From Macrostomum lignano (Eukaryota), in contig NIVC01000085.1 of NCBI GenBank assembly GCA_002269645.1, positions 434,001 through 498,000 on the forward strand: 64,000 nucleotides of DNA, given 5' to 3'. Position numbers and translations under genes: made by a program. The notes beneath the pieces are model-generated. The model searched no databases and was not told the DNA's origin. It saw only the letters and a list, made by a program, of their open reading frames with translations. Shown here one piece after another: positions 21,901 through 33,422 of the stretch (the stretch's first letter is position 1; every line of letters starts with the position of its first letter).

Positions 21901-24075
21901 TACGCGGCAGCGGATCGTCAAAGTACACCCAAATATCGTGGCAGCCACTGACTGTGGCTTGGTTTGGATGAATATCAAAAATGCCAAGTTTAACTTGCTG
22001 TCCTAAAATGTTTGTTGAAAATAAAAACAAAAACGATGCATGCAATTCATAAAGCACTAATTGTTTTACAATCTCAGAACAGAAACGATATTAAGAACTC
22101 ACTAGAATCGGTGATGACATCAGAGGTCACAATGGCATTGGTAGGCTGGTGCTGGTCATTATAATCAGTATAAAACACCTGGAAGACCAATCGTATTGAC
22201 TTCAAATTCCGAGAATTGTACCTGGCTTCATCCATGTTTTCTGTGGGAAAAAGTTGACTGAATCAGGTTAAATCAAAGCGACAAGCATGACTCAGAAGCA
22301 GGCACACGCTCACACAGGGTGTACAGCGTTTTTTAATTGATATTTATGAGAAGCCCAAACAGGAGCAACACAAATGAGAAGAGCCGCAACTCACTGTTGA
22401 ACGGATTGAAGTTGATCTTCTTCCGGTTTTCGATTGCCTCCTGCAGCTTGGCGCCTTTGGTTGATACGCAGACCAGCGACACTTTCTCTAGGCTGGGGAG
22501 ATGGCAGCGAATGGGATTAGCAACTGGGGATCTGGGAGGCTGGCCCTGCAACTGGGAATCTGGGAGGCTGGCCCAGCAACAGAGGATCTGGGAGGCTGGA
22601 CGAGCAACTCCGGATCTGGGAGGCTGGCCCAGCAACTGAGGATCTGGGAGGCTGGCCCAGCAACTGAGGATCTGAGAGGCTGGACGAGCAACTCCGGATC
22701 TGGGAGGCTGACTCAGCAACTCCGGATCTGGGAGGCTGGCCCAGCAACAGAGGATCTGGGAGGCTGGACGAGCAACTCCGGATCTGGGAGGCTGACTCAG
22801 CAACTCCGGATCTGGGAGGCTGGCCCAGCAACTGAGGATCTGGGAGGCTGGCCCAGCAACTGAGGATCTGGGAGGCTGACTCAGCAACTGAGGATCTGGG
22901 AGGCTGGCTCAGCAACTGAGGATCTGGGAGGCTGACTCAGCAACTGAGGATCTGGGAGGCTGACTCAGCAACTGAGGATCTGGGAGGCCGGGCCAGAAAC
23001 TGAGGATCTGGGAGGCTGGCCCAGCAACTGAGGATCTGGGAGGCTGGCCCAGCAACGGAGGATCTGGGAGGCTGACTCAGCAACTGAGGATCTGGGAGGC
23101 TGACTCAGCAACTGAGGATCTGGGAGGCTGGCCCAGCAACTGAGGATCTAAGAGGCTGGCTCAGCAACTGAGGATCTGGGAGGCTGGCCCAGCAACTCCG
23201 GATCTGGGAGGCTGGCCCAGCAACTGAGGATCTGGGAGGCTGACTCAGCATCTGCATGAGGATCGGGGAGGCTGGCCCAGCAACTGGGGATCTGGGAGGC
23301 TGGCTCAGCAACTGAGGATCTGGGAGGCTGACTCAGCAACTGAGGATCTGGGAGGCTGGCTTAGCAACTGAGAATCTGGGAGGCTGACTCAGCAACTGAG
23401 GATCTGGGAGGCTGACTCAGCAACTGAGGATCTGGGAGGCCGGGCCAGAAACTGAGGATCTGGGAGGCTGGCCCAGCAACTGAGGATCTGGGAGGCTGGC
23501 TCAGCAACTGAGGATCTGGGAGGCTGGTCAAGCAACTGAGGATCTGGGAGGCTGGCCCAGCAACTGAGGATCTGGGAGGCTGGCCCAGCAACTGAGGATC
23601 TGGGAGGCTGGCCCAGCAACTGAGGATCTGGGAGGCTGACCCAGCAGCTGAGGATCTGGGAGGCTGGCCCAGCAACTGAGGATCTGGGAGGCTGGCCCAG
23701 CAACTGAGGATCTGGGAGGGTAGTCCAACCTAACAAGAACAATCGATAAATTTGAGCAGACTGTAAAACTTACGCAAATTCGAACTCCGACTTGTTACTA
23801 AGCGAGTCCACATCCTTCTTGAGCTGAAACGCCCCATTGCTGCAGTTGTCTCCAACCATAAAGTAGGGATGAGGAAGCAGGTCCGAGTTGATGGTGGCGC
23901 CAATAATGATGAGGCTCTTGTGCAGCAGCGGGTCAATGCCGGACACCCGCAGTCTCACGTGGCTCCTATTGCCTGTCCTGCCGTACAGCAGGCCGCCCAG
24001 TTTGCCATTGGAGACTTCAGTCTCGTAGCGAAATCTGTGATATTCGCTCGGCTGCTCTAAGAGTTCAATTTTCAT
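18922..24075 (-). CDS. Rel/NF-kB-like RHD-IPT gene D (~323 aa)
   Basis: Exons 23774-24075 (LLEQPSEYHRFRYETE...HPYFMVGDNC), 22395-22492 (LEKVSLVCV...INFNPFN), 22103-22240 (IRLVFQV), 21904-22002 (HDIWVYFDDPLP), 20721-20803, 20448-20619 (HLLIISKP) and 18922-19001 (QKRKR, stop TAA). All GT-AG and in frame. Confidence 0.9.
19080..20400. repeat. 28-29-bp minisatellite (AACCAATGACCTCAAAGCCATGATCCCTA) in intron 6 of gene D
   Basis: Tandem units with degenerate edges. Confidence 0.95.
20960..21885. repeat. 31-bp minisatellite (GATGCTACAATAGGGTGTCAGGAGGATGTCA) in intron 4 of gene D, split by an insert
   Basis: Units at ~20960-21103 and 21602-21885. Confidence 0.92.
21104..21601 (-). mobile_element. 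Solo-LTR-like insertion (498 bp)
   Basis: Unique sequence interrupting a minisatellite. Termini TGTCAT...ATTACA (TG...CA), minus-strand TATA-like (~21525) and AATAAA (~21265). The TSD is imperfect (AGGG/AGGA). Confidence 0.45.
22513..23720. repeat. 28-bp minisatellite (GCTGGCCCAGCAACTGAGGATCTGGGAG) in intron 1 of gene D
   Basis: Tandem units; same family as 31336-33245 and, inverted, 45030-45297. Confidence 0.96.
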
Positions 24076-24307
24076 TGATTTGTTATAACGCTGAAATGCG
24101 TTCAACATGGCTGTTTGGTTAATTTCAAGACAATTCTCAAAAAGAGACAGCGAGTATAAAAAGTGATGTTTTGACACCTCGTGTGTCTTCAAATAACGAA
24201 ACCACTAGCTTGCAAGTGTTATCTTAGTTGATTTTATTGTAAAAGAAACTAGCATTTTTTACTAGAGTCTACCAAAGTAAACTGGCGCAAGGCATTCAAA
24301 ATTTGTA

Positions 24308-25964
24308 CCTTAATGCGTCCAAAAAGTTCTTAGACACCCCTCCTATCTCTGCATCTGTTCAATCGATTTTTATGAAAATTTACACAAACATGGGCCTATA
24401 TGTAATGAATTCAGTGCTTAAGTTTCAGCTTAATCGGGTTGACAGAGCAAAAGCAATCGATCATTTACTGTGAAGGTTTAGCCATAGATTAAAGAGCAAA
24501 AAAGAACAAAGCAGCAAGCAGCATAGCCAGATTCGGATGCTGAGACGCGGAACCAGCCTCAGATGGTTTAAGAGCTGAAGAATCGCCGATACAAAGTCTG
24601 CTTGCAACAAAGGAACTTCTTGAACTTTAGGTAGATAAAATAGTTGCAGTTTCAATAGGATCATAATTTTGTCTCTATAGAGGTTTTTAATGGTGCTGAT
24701 TTCAAATTTGAGCTTCATTTTTTTGTAGCTTAAAGCCAACCACCGGGATATGGGGAATGGGCGGTTTTAGGGTGGGGAGAATCTTAATGGGGATTGATTT
24801 TATGTACCTAAACTTCAATACAGGCATGGAGGTATATTGAAGATTAGGTAGATAAATTCGGAGACTGAGGGGGGGGGGTCCTAGGGGGGAAATTGAAATG
24901 AAGAGCTTAAATTAAAAATTCAACAATTTATCAAAAACACACCATGGAGAAGAAATTATAATCCTATCAAAACTAATTGAAATTAGCAGCTGTAGTTACC
25001 TTCGGAATAAAGACAACGCAGATTAGTAGAAATAAGTATAGGTAAACAAGTAAAGAATGCACGGCTAGTGGTAATCAACAATGAGAAAACAACAGCGAAT
25101 CAAAAAGCGGGTGGCAAACCGTGAGTCAGCATTTTTTTAAAATTCTCCAAAACTGCTTGGATCAAATTAACACTAGTTACATAGGAGATTAACAATTCGA
25201 CCTCCTGTTACCTCTGAGGGTAATTTTTTGCAGTTTTTTTGCTTTATTATCATTTTGGACAGCCTGTAAGACTCTGGCGAAAGTTCCAGAAAAAGTTTGT
25301 TTGTACGCAATCGATTAGAGAAAAAATGGCTGGACCGATTTTCTTCGAACTTGCACTGTTCGATCAGAAATTTTCCCGTGACGGTACATGCATCTTGGCT
25401 AAGAAATTGCTCCATGTTAAAGTGATTAAATATTCGAAAAACATGCTTTTTTGCAAAGGTCAAGCAAACTTTTCGACTTGAAATGCATTTTAAGAATGCT
25501 AGAGAAAAAACTGACTGGTTGAATTCTGATTCTGAAATAGATTGCATCATAACTGAATTATAATTGCGTCACAGTATTGAAAATGCAGTGTGGAAGCGTA
25601 GCACCAGACTTGATTTAGATTAGATTTTACGTACCTAAAGTTCAAGAAGGCCCAGCTGATCAGAGCGACAACCTAGGGATATGTGGTCGGCGTGGATTGA
25701 GGACTGAGGAGTTGCCGATGCGATATGACAGGTGCATTCGACAGAATGAAGATTCCTCTGAAGATTTTCACGATTGGTGATCTGTGTTTTGAAGTTCGGA
25801 AACTTGTCAGTTTGAACTGTTTGCTCGTTAAATTTTGCACTTTGTTGAGTTTAAAATCGTATTGCTAATTTCGTAGGTTCCTCAGTAAATATATCGATTG
25901 CCTTCGCTCTGTCAACCCGATTAAGCTGAAACTGAATGCTAAGAACTTTTTGGACGCATCAAGG
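24308..25964. mobile_element. Degenerate/non-autonomous TIR DNA element (~1.66 kb) between genes C and D
   Basis: CCTTAATGCGTCCAAAAAGTTCTTAG (24308) is the inverse of CTAAGAACTTTTTGGACGCATCAAGG (ending 25964). A second inverted block lies at ~24415-24478 vs ~25878-25938. TA flanks both ends. No recognisable transposase. Confidence 0.75.
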
Positions 25965-26374
25965 TAACAGAATTGATACAATAGATTCATAAAACCAACG
26001 AGTCGAGCTGTGCCATGCATTTTTACAATTTTGAAATCGCATGAAACTTACGATTGATAAAAAAATTAATTAATATAGAATCCTAATTTTATGAACGAAC
26101 TCTTTTACAATTCTGCAGCTCACGTGATGCGCTTGGGACTCAACAGTCACCTCAAGTTTTACCGATATTAAGGGTCGGTTGAGTCGTTAAAAAGTCACTA
26201 GTGAGTATTGGGAGACTATTTTGTCACGGTAACGCTTTTAACGAGTATGTAGTCAAGATTCATGATAGCGACCAGCGCGATTAGATAAAAAAACTTATTG
26301 AATACTAGTAATGACAATCTGAATAAAAAAGCCTTTCTGAATAATAAACAGCGTTTTCTTAAAGCATCTTTGAT

Positions 26375-29032
26375 CTATTGATTAGCGAAACTTGTTAGCA
26401 GATCGCTAAGATCGACATCTCCGGGCTTCTGAGGCTCCGGACGTTTTCGCTTTGTTGGCGGATCTGAAATATATAGATATCAAACATGAATATAAGATGA
26501 GAAATGAACAAAATCTTATCGCTTCAGAATAAGCTTCAGCCTCACCCTGGTCAGAATTATCTGCAAGATAGTTTAACGAGAACATTGCGTGTGCAGCAGT
26601 CGGGCTGTTCAACAGGATGATTTCGCTGTCGCAGGTGATATCGTTGTGCGTCTCGGAGATGATTAGCTTGGCAGCGATTCTCTCGCTGGCCCCGACAAAC
26701 CAGTGTGCAACGTCCGGCTTTGTGACAATCAGCAGGTGCTGCGGGAACCGGTGCATGAGGTGTTGGGTCTGTGTGGTAGTAACAACTAAAATCTAACAAA
26801 TTAGGCTTTTACAGATGTGTCTATGTGTTACATTGGAACTCACGGTACAGATCGGCTGTACAGTCTACGTACTACGACATAAGTAGTCGTATAACATACG
26901 CACGTACTACGAGCTACTCTTAGTAGCGTTTAGTTCCTTTTAGGGGGTTGCAGACGCTGTAGCCTAAGTGGCTAGAGCGTCGGACTCACGACGGAAAGGT
27001 TAGGGGTTCGATTCCCAATCCCACAAGAACAAACTGTGCAAACTGAGCAAGAAACTCAACTCTGCATTGCTTCAGTTCACCCAGCTGTAAAATGAGTGCC
27101 AGCATTAGCTGGGGTAATTGAGGCTGTGTGGTAACCCCCCAGTCCTTGGACTGAGCAGTCGTGCGCAGCCTAATAGCTGCGGCTGAGCTGTCGGTTGCAC
27201 ATTTGGGGCCCAATTTGGGCAGGTGCAATCAATTATTTACCTTTGCTTACCTTTTTCACCTGTTTCATGGTGCAAGCAAACAAAACATTAGGTACAGCTT
27301 CAATTCGTGCAGAATAAGAAGCCAAGTCCGAGCCTACAATTAAAAGTACATTTAAAAGTTACTCAATCAAAATATCAAAGGCAAAATTGCAGAAAGAAAA
27401 CTCACGTTGCAGTTCTTTATCGAAATAGACCCAGAAGTCAGTCAGACCAGCTACCGGGGCTTCGGTTGGATGAACCCCATAAAAGTTCAGCTGTGCTTCT
27501 TTGCCTGAAAATAGAAAACAATTACGGCAGTTATTAGACTGATAATGTGAATAGAAATTTACCTTAAACCACAGCTGCCAGTGTGGCAGCCAACTGTACA
27601 GTGATCCCACACCCCCTTCAGTGTTCCCACACCCCCTTCAGTGTTCCCACACCCCCTCAGTGATCCCACACCCCTTCAGTGATCCCACACCCTTTCAGTG
27701 ATCCCACACCCCTTCAGCGTTCCCACACCCCTTCAGTGATCCCACACCCCCTTCAGTGTTCCCAAACCCCTTCAGTGATCCCACACCCCTTCAGTGATCC
27801 CACACCCCTTCAGTGATCCCACACCCCTTCAGTGATCCCACACCCCTTCAGTGATCCCACACCCCTTCAGTGATCCCACACCCCTTCAGTGATCCCACAC
27901 CCTTTCAGTGATCCCACACAACCCCTTCAGCGTTCCCACACCCCTTCAGTGTTCCCAAACCCCTTCAGTGATCCCACACCCTTTCAGTGATCCCACACCC
28001 CTTCAGCGTTCCCACACCCCTTCAGTGATCCCACACCCCCTTCAGTGTTCCCTCACTCCTTCAGTGATCCCACACCCACTTCAGTGACCCCACACAACCC
28101 CTTCAGTGATCCCACACAACCCCTTTAGTGATCCCACACAACCCCTTCAGTGATCCCACACGACCCCTTCAGTGATCCCACACAACCCCTTCAGTGATCC
28201 CACACAACCCCTTCAGTAATTCCACACAACCCCTTCAGTGATCCCACACAACCCCTTCTATGATCCCACACAACCCCTTCAGTGATCCCACACAACCCCT
28301 TCAGTGATCCCACACAACCCCTTCAGTGATCCCACACAACTCCTTTACTGATCCCATACCCCTTTTAGCAATCCTATAGATTTCTTTTAATTATTCCACA
28401 TCCATTAAGTGATACCAAATCTTTTCAAGTGATCCTAGATCCCCACAAGTGATCCGACAAAACTTTCACTGGTTTCTAACGAAAAGTAATTTATTGTACT
28501 CTTATTTAATAACAAATCATCAAATAATAACGCTTCAACATTGCTGAGGCTAAATGTGGTCAAAAAACACACCAACTTAGTAACAAGTTCAATTTAGATG
28601 AGTACTAACCGCCACCAGCTGTGCTTTACTTGATTATTTTTGTATCTTATGCAGGTACACAGGTATATTATATAAGAAGTGTCGCTCACTCTTTGCCGCA
28701 ATCTCCTCAGTGGCTACCATAGCCCCCGTAGCAATCATGGTATTATTCGAATCGATATAGAACGCTTGAAAAGCTAACCGAATCGGTTTCTGGTACTTCT
28801 TCTGCTTGGCATAGTCGACTTGCGACGGGTCCACTGAAAGTTGTTTTTAGAAACAATTTTGCATTCATAACTCCGACGCGATTCAATAGCGAACTTTGAT
28901 GTCAGTTTGGAGTGTACGAATGAGTTTGACATTTTTTACTTCTAGAAGCTAAGAAAAAGCTCATGCAGTGGTTTCCTGACCACCAAGAGTCGAACTTGGA
29001 CCTTCGAAGTTACAGATTCTGAGAAACTGACT

Positions 29033-29077
<45 letters not shown>

Positions 29078-30370
29078 TCTATCTCTTTAAACTCGACTTT
29101 TTGAAAGCAGATCAAATGCTACTCAAACACAAAAACTGGCCCAGGGAGTTGACAACCATGAAGTACTCAGGAGTCCGCAGAGTTGTCCCACGGCTATAGT
29201 TTTGGAATTTAGGACGATGTTGCCAAAGACGTTCTCTTTTGTGTGTTCTACCGCTAAAGCATTGTAACAGACAAATCTCCGTTCGTGTCTTGTGTAAAGT
29301 CAGCCTGTGGTGCGCAGTTTTGTTTACATTTTCTTTCCAAGTAAAAAATACCGAAACCGTGCAACTGACTTACTTTCAAACGGATTAAAATTTTGATTAA
29401 TTCGTCGCTGAAGTGCATTGGACAAGTTGCCACTTTTAACGCAGACAAGAGACACTTTATCCAACCTACAATACGCAATATAGGTGACGATCATTAGACC
29501 ATAATTTAGTTAAACTTTTTAGACCCGATAAAAACGGTACCCAGGACAAGAAGCGTCCCAGAGTCACAATTGCGTCGTCTCAAGGGTCATTTTAGTGTCG
29601 TTGTAGGTAGCAGATAAAATAGAAAACAAGTGACTCAGAGGACGACTCAAAAACAACGAGATGTTACGATACATGTCGACAAAAAAGCCGTCAAAGAGTC
29701 GCCTAAGAGCCAATTTGAGACGTTTTATAGTCTGCGACTCTGAGACGAATTTGGGGTGCTTCTATAATGATTATAGAGCTGTATAGAGTCGTATCTGAGG
29801 CGTGCAAGAGCCGCAAGTAGAACTTTCCCATTTACTCATATAACAACTCTAGCTATTTAATCGACTCGATCGAGTTAGTACAAAGTTAAGCGCCAACACA
29901 ACGTTCAACGAATTACAGTCATTTGAGTCACTGGCGAGTTGTTTGCAAATGACTCTTTCGCGTTTCTTGTCCCGGTAACGCTTTCATCAACAGGCAAACC
30001 AGCTACCAGCTAATTATAACAAAACTCATTCACAGACCGCTTACGCAATCGTTACTTCAGTTCTGCCATCAAGCGAGCTTAATTCCTTAGTAAATTGATA
30101 CAATACATTGGTGCAATTGTCGCCCAGCATGAAGTAGGGATGCGGATACAAATCTGAACTGACGGTGCCACCAATCACACGGACGGATCTGTAAGCGAGT
30201 ACATCAAGACCGGACAAGCGCAACCGAACCGGGCTTTTGCCATCCGCGCACCTGCTGTACAAGTAGCCGCCCTGAGTCCCTTTAGCTACCTCTGACTCGT
30301 AGCGAAATCGGTGATATTGTGTCGGTTGGTCGATCACTTCGAGTTTTGGACAGCTCGACAACTCCTGCAT
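26375..30370 (-). CDS. Rel/NF-kB-like RHD-IPT gene C (~351 aa)
   Basis: Exons 30045-30370 ([15 protein letters not shown]...HPYFMLGDNC), 29374-29465 (LDKVSLVCVKSGNLSNALQRRINQNFNPF), 28690-28833 (IRLAFQA), 27406-27504 (DFWVYFDKELQ), 27251-27333, 26546-26768 (PQHLLIVTKP) and 26375-26463 (TKRKRP, stop TAG). All GT-AG and in frame. Confidence 0.9.
26946..27200 (+). mobile_element. tRNA-derived SINE in intron 5 of gene C
   Basis: Pol III A box TAGCCTAAGTGG (~26960) and B box GGTTCGATTCC (~27005). The body (CACCCAGCTGTAAAATGAGTGCCAGCATTAGCTGGGGTAATTGAGG) is shared with the copy at 40505. Confidence 0.8.
27597..28375. repeat. 19-22-bp minisatellite (AGTGATCCCACACCCCTTC) in intron 3 of gene C
   Basis: Tandem units. 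Confidence 0.95.
29032..29078. repeat. (CT)n microsatellite
   Basis: Direct dinucleotide repeat. Confidence 0.95.
29820..29975. mobile_element. Dispersed repeat copy (TAACAACTCTA...GAGTTAGTA...TTAAGCGCCAACACAACG)
   Basis: Similar blocks at 35440-35740 and 42591-42810; weaker similarity at ~26120-26260. Confidence 0.6.
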
Positions 30371-30549
30371 TTTCTAGCTGTTGCTATGGCGGTTGCCAAA
30401 AGAGTGGCTGGTCTGAAATCTTTAGCAGGTTTCAAATAAAGGAATTTATTTAAAACTTGAACATTTTTACTTGAGGGGCATTCAGTCTAGATTTCGAGTG
30501 ATATCAGTTTGCAGGAACCACATTCGAGGGAATATTATATGATACGATA

Positions 30550-30810
30550 AGGGAATTCAGCTTTGGGGGGATTCAGCTTTGGAATAATTCAGATGAGGGG
30601 AATTCAGATCAGGGGGCATTCAATTTAGGGGAATTTAGGGGTAATTCAACTTAGGGAAATTCAGTTCGGGAATTCTGGGAAATAAGCTTTGGGAAATTCA
30701 GCTTTGGGGGAATTTAGCTTTAGGGGAATTTAGCTTTGGAGGAATTCAGCTTCGGGGGAATTCAGATTAGGGAAATTAAGACAATTCAGAGGATTCGATA
30801 CGGGGAAGAA
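30550..30810. repeat. Degenerate GGGGAATTCAGCTTT-type short tandem repeats upstream of gene C
   Basis: About 15 degenerate ~16-bp units. Confidence 0.75.
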
Positions 30811-31335
30811 GTTCGGGGGCGAGGACTCAGTTTGGAGTTTGAGGATATTTCAATTTTAGAATTTGCCTATAATTGACGAAATTTTAAACCAAAGGAATGA
30901 AACTCTTACACTTGAGCAGCAATTACATGAGAACAAATTCTGTACACTGTATTTGAAAATACAAAAAGGCAAACAAAAACTTTAATAAACATTGATTTTA
31001 TTGTATATTAATCAAATCAATTCACAATATAAACTAACAAACTACTATTGAAAGGACAGTAATGTCGCGCTCACCAGAAGCGGCATTTTCCGCAATGTTA
31101 GTACAAAAATGTTTGGGCATTTTAATACTAAAAAAATATCGTTATACTCAATATTTAGCTTTTAAATGTAGAATAAAAGCACTGGAATCTGAATAGAGCT
31201 AATGACGAAATTAGTAATCAACAAGCAAACGACTATTTGTTATAAATAGAACAATAAAAAAAGCAGGCAATGACAACTGCTTTGGCAAAAAGTTGTGTAC
31301 TCAAAGCACTTGGTTAATGCGGCATTTAATGCGGC

Positions 31336-33245
31336 ACTCTGGGAGGCTGGCCCAGAAACTGAGGATCTGGGAGGCTGGCCCAGCAACTGAGGATCTGGGA
31401 GGCTGGCCCAGAAACTGAGGATCTGGGAGGCTGGCCCAGCAACTGAGGATCTGGGAGGCTGGCCCAGCAACTGAGGATCTGGGAGGCTGGCCCAGAAACT
31501 GAGGATCTGGGAGGCTGGCCCAGCAACTGAGGATCTGGGAGGCTGGCCCAGAAACTGAGGATCTGGGAGGCTGGCCCAGCAACTGAGGATCTGGGAGGCT
31601 GGCCCAGAAACTGAGGATCTGGGAGGCTGGCCCAGCAACTGAGGATCTGGGAGGCTGGCCCAGCAACTGAGGATCTGGGAGGCTGGCCCAGAAACTGAGG
31701 ATCTGGGAGGCTGGCCCAGCAACTGAGGATCTGGGAGGCTGGCCCAGAAACTGAGGATCTGGGAGGCTGGCCCAGCAACTGAGGATCTGGGAGGCTGGCC
31801 CAGAAACTGAGGATCTGGGAGGCTGGCCCAGCAACTGAGGATCTGGGAGGCTGGCCCAGAAACTGAGGATCTGGGAGGCTGGCCCAGCAACTGAGGATCT
31901 GGGAGGCTGGCCCAGAAACTGAGGATCTGGGAGGCTGGCCCAGCAACTGAGGATCTGGGAGGCTGGCCCAGAAACTGAGGATCTGGGAGGCTGGCCCAGC
32001 AACTGAGGATCTGGGAGGCTGGCCCAGAAACTGAGGATCTGGGAGGCTGGCCCAGCAACTGAGGATCTGGGAGGCTGGCCCAGCAACTGAGGATCTGGGA
32101 GGCTGGCCCAGAAACTGAGGATCTGGGAGGCTGGCCCAGCAACTGAGGATCTGGGAGGCTGGCCCAGAAACTGAGGATCTGGGAGGCTGGCCCAGCAACT
32201 GAGGATCTGCGAGGCTGGCCCAGAAACTGAGGATCTGGGAGGCTGGCCCAGCAACTGAGGATCTGGGAGGCTGGCCCAGAAACTGAGGATCTGCGAGGCT
32301 GGCCCAGCAACTGAGGATCTGGGAGGCTGGCCCAGCAACTGAGGATCTGGGAGGCTGGCCCAGAAACTGAGGATCTGGGAGGCTGGCCCAGAAACTGAGG
32401 ATCTGGGAGGCTGGCCCAGCAACTGAGGATCTGGGAGGCTGGCCCAGCAACTGAGGATCTGGGAGGCTGGCCCAGCAACTGAGGATCTGGGAGGCTGGCC
32501 CAGCAACTGAGGATCTGGGAGGCTGGCCCAGCAACTGAGGATCTGGGAGGCTGGCCCAGCAACTGAGGATCTGGGAGGCACTCTGGGAGGCTGGCCCAGA
32601 AACTGAGGATCTGGGAGGCTGGCCCAGCAACTGAGGATCTGGGAGGCTGGCCCAGCAACTGAGGATCTGGGAGGCTGGCCCAGCAACTGAGGATCTGGGA
32701 GGCTGGCCCAGCAACTGAGGATCTGGGAGGCTGGCCCAGCAACTGAGGATCTGGGAGGCACTCTGGGAGGCTGGCCCAACTGACACTCTTGGAGACTGGC
32801 CCAGCAACTGATACTCTAGGAGACTGGCCCAGCAACTGATACTCTAGGAGACTGGCCCAGCAACTGACACTCTGGGAGGCTGGCCCAGCAACTGATACTC
32901 TAGGAGACTGGCCCAGCAACTGACACTCTGGGAGGCTGGCCCAGCAACTGATACTCTAGGAGACTGACCCAGCAACTGACACTCTGGGAGACTGGTCCCG
33001 GCAACTGAGGATCTGGGAGGCTGGCCCAGCAACTGGGGACTTGGGAGGCTGGCTCAGAAACTAAGGATCTGGAGGGCAGTAGCTCAGCAACTGAGGATCC
33101 GGGAGGGCAGTAACTCAGCAACTGAGGATCCGGGAGGGCAGTAACTCAGCAACTGAGGATCCGGGAGGGCAGTAACTCAGCAACTGAGGATCCGGAGGTC
33201 AGTAGCTCAGCAACTGAGGATCCGGGAGGGCAGTAGCTCAGCAAC
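31336..33245. repeat. 28-bp minisatellite (GCTGGCCCAGCAACTGAGGATCTGGGAG) between genes B and C
   Basis: About 65 units with alternating CAGCAAC/CAGAAAC variants and a diverged right edge. Confidence 0.97.
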
Positions 33246-33422
33246 TGAAGAGTTGGGACGGTGCATACCCATTTGAAAGCGGCAAAAGGCGATATAAATA
33301 TGAAATATGCCAGCATACAAGCCAAAAAAGTAATTAACTTCACACAATGGGGTATACAGCAATCCTCAAGGCTGCCACTTTCATCAAGAATAACTAAATT
33401 ATGAAATGACAGCATCTCGCGC

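Noticed and set aside
26946-27025. tRNA gene (also 40505-40580)
   Set aside because: A and B boxes are present, but I could not fold a convincing acceptor stem, and both continue into a shared non-tRNA body, so they are SINEs.
29180-29316. Alternative candidate for exon 2 of gene C (LTLHKTRTE...)
   Set aside because: Phase-compatible but with no similarity to the paralogs; 29374-29465 gives the expected LDKVSLVCV...NFNPF.
31240-33121. Long ORFs (up to 559 aa) over the 28-bp array, and similar ORFs at 22.3-23.7, 34.6-35.1, 36.5-37.8, 38.07-38.9, 39.4-39.9, 41.1-42.6, 55.6-57.0, 57.8-58.3 and 58.7-59.4 kb
   Set aside because: They are translations of stop-free tandem repeats, open in several frames and strands, and lie in introns or spacers of real genes.
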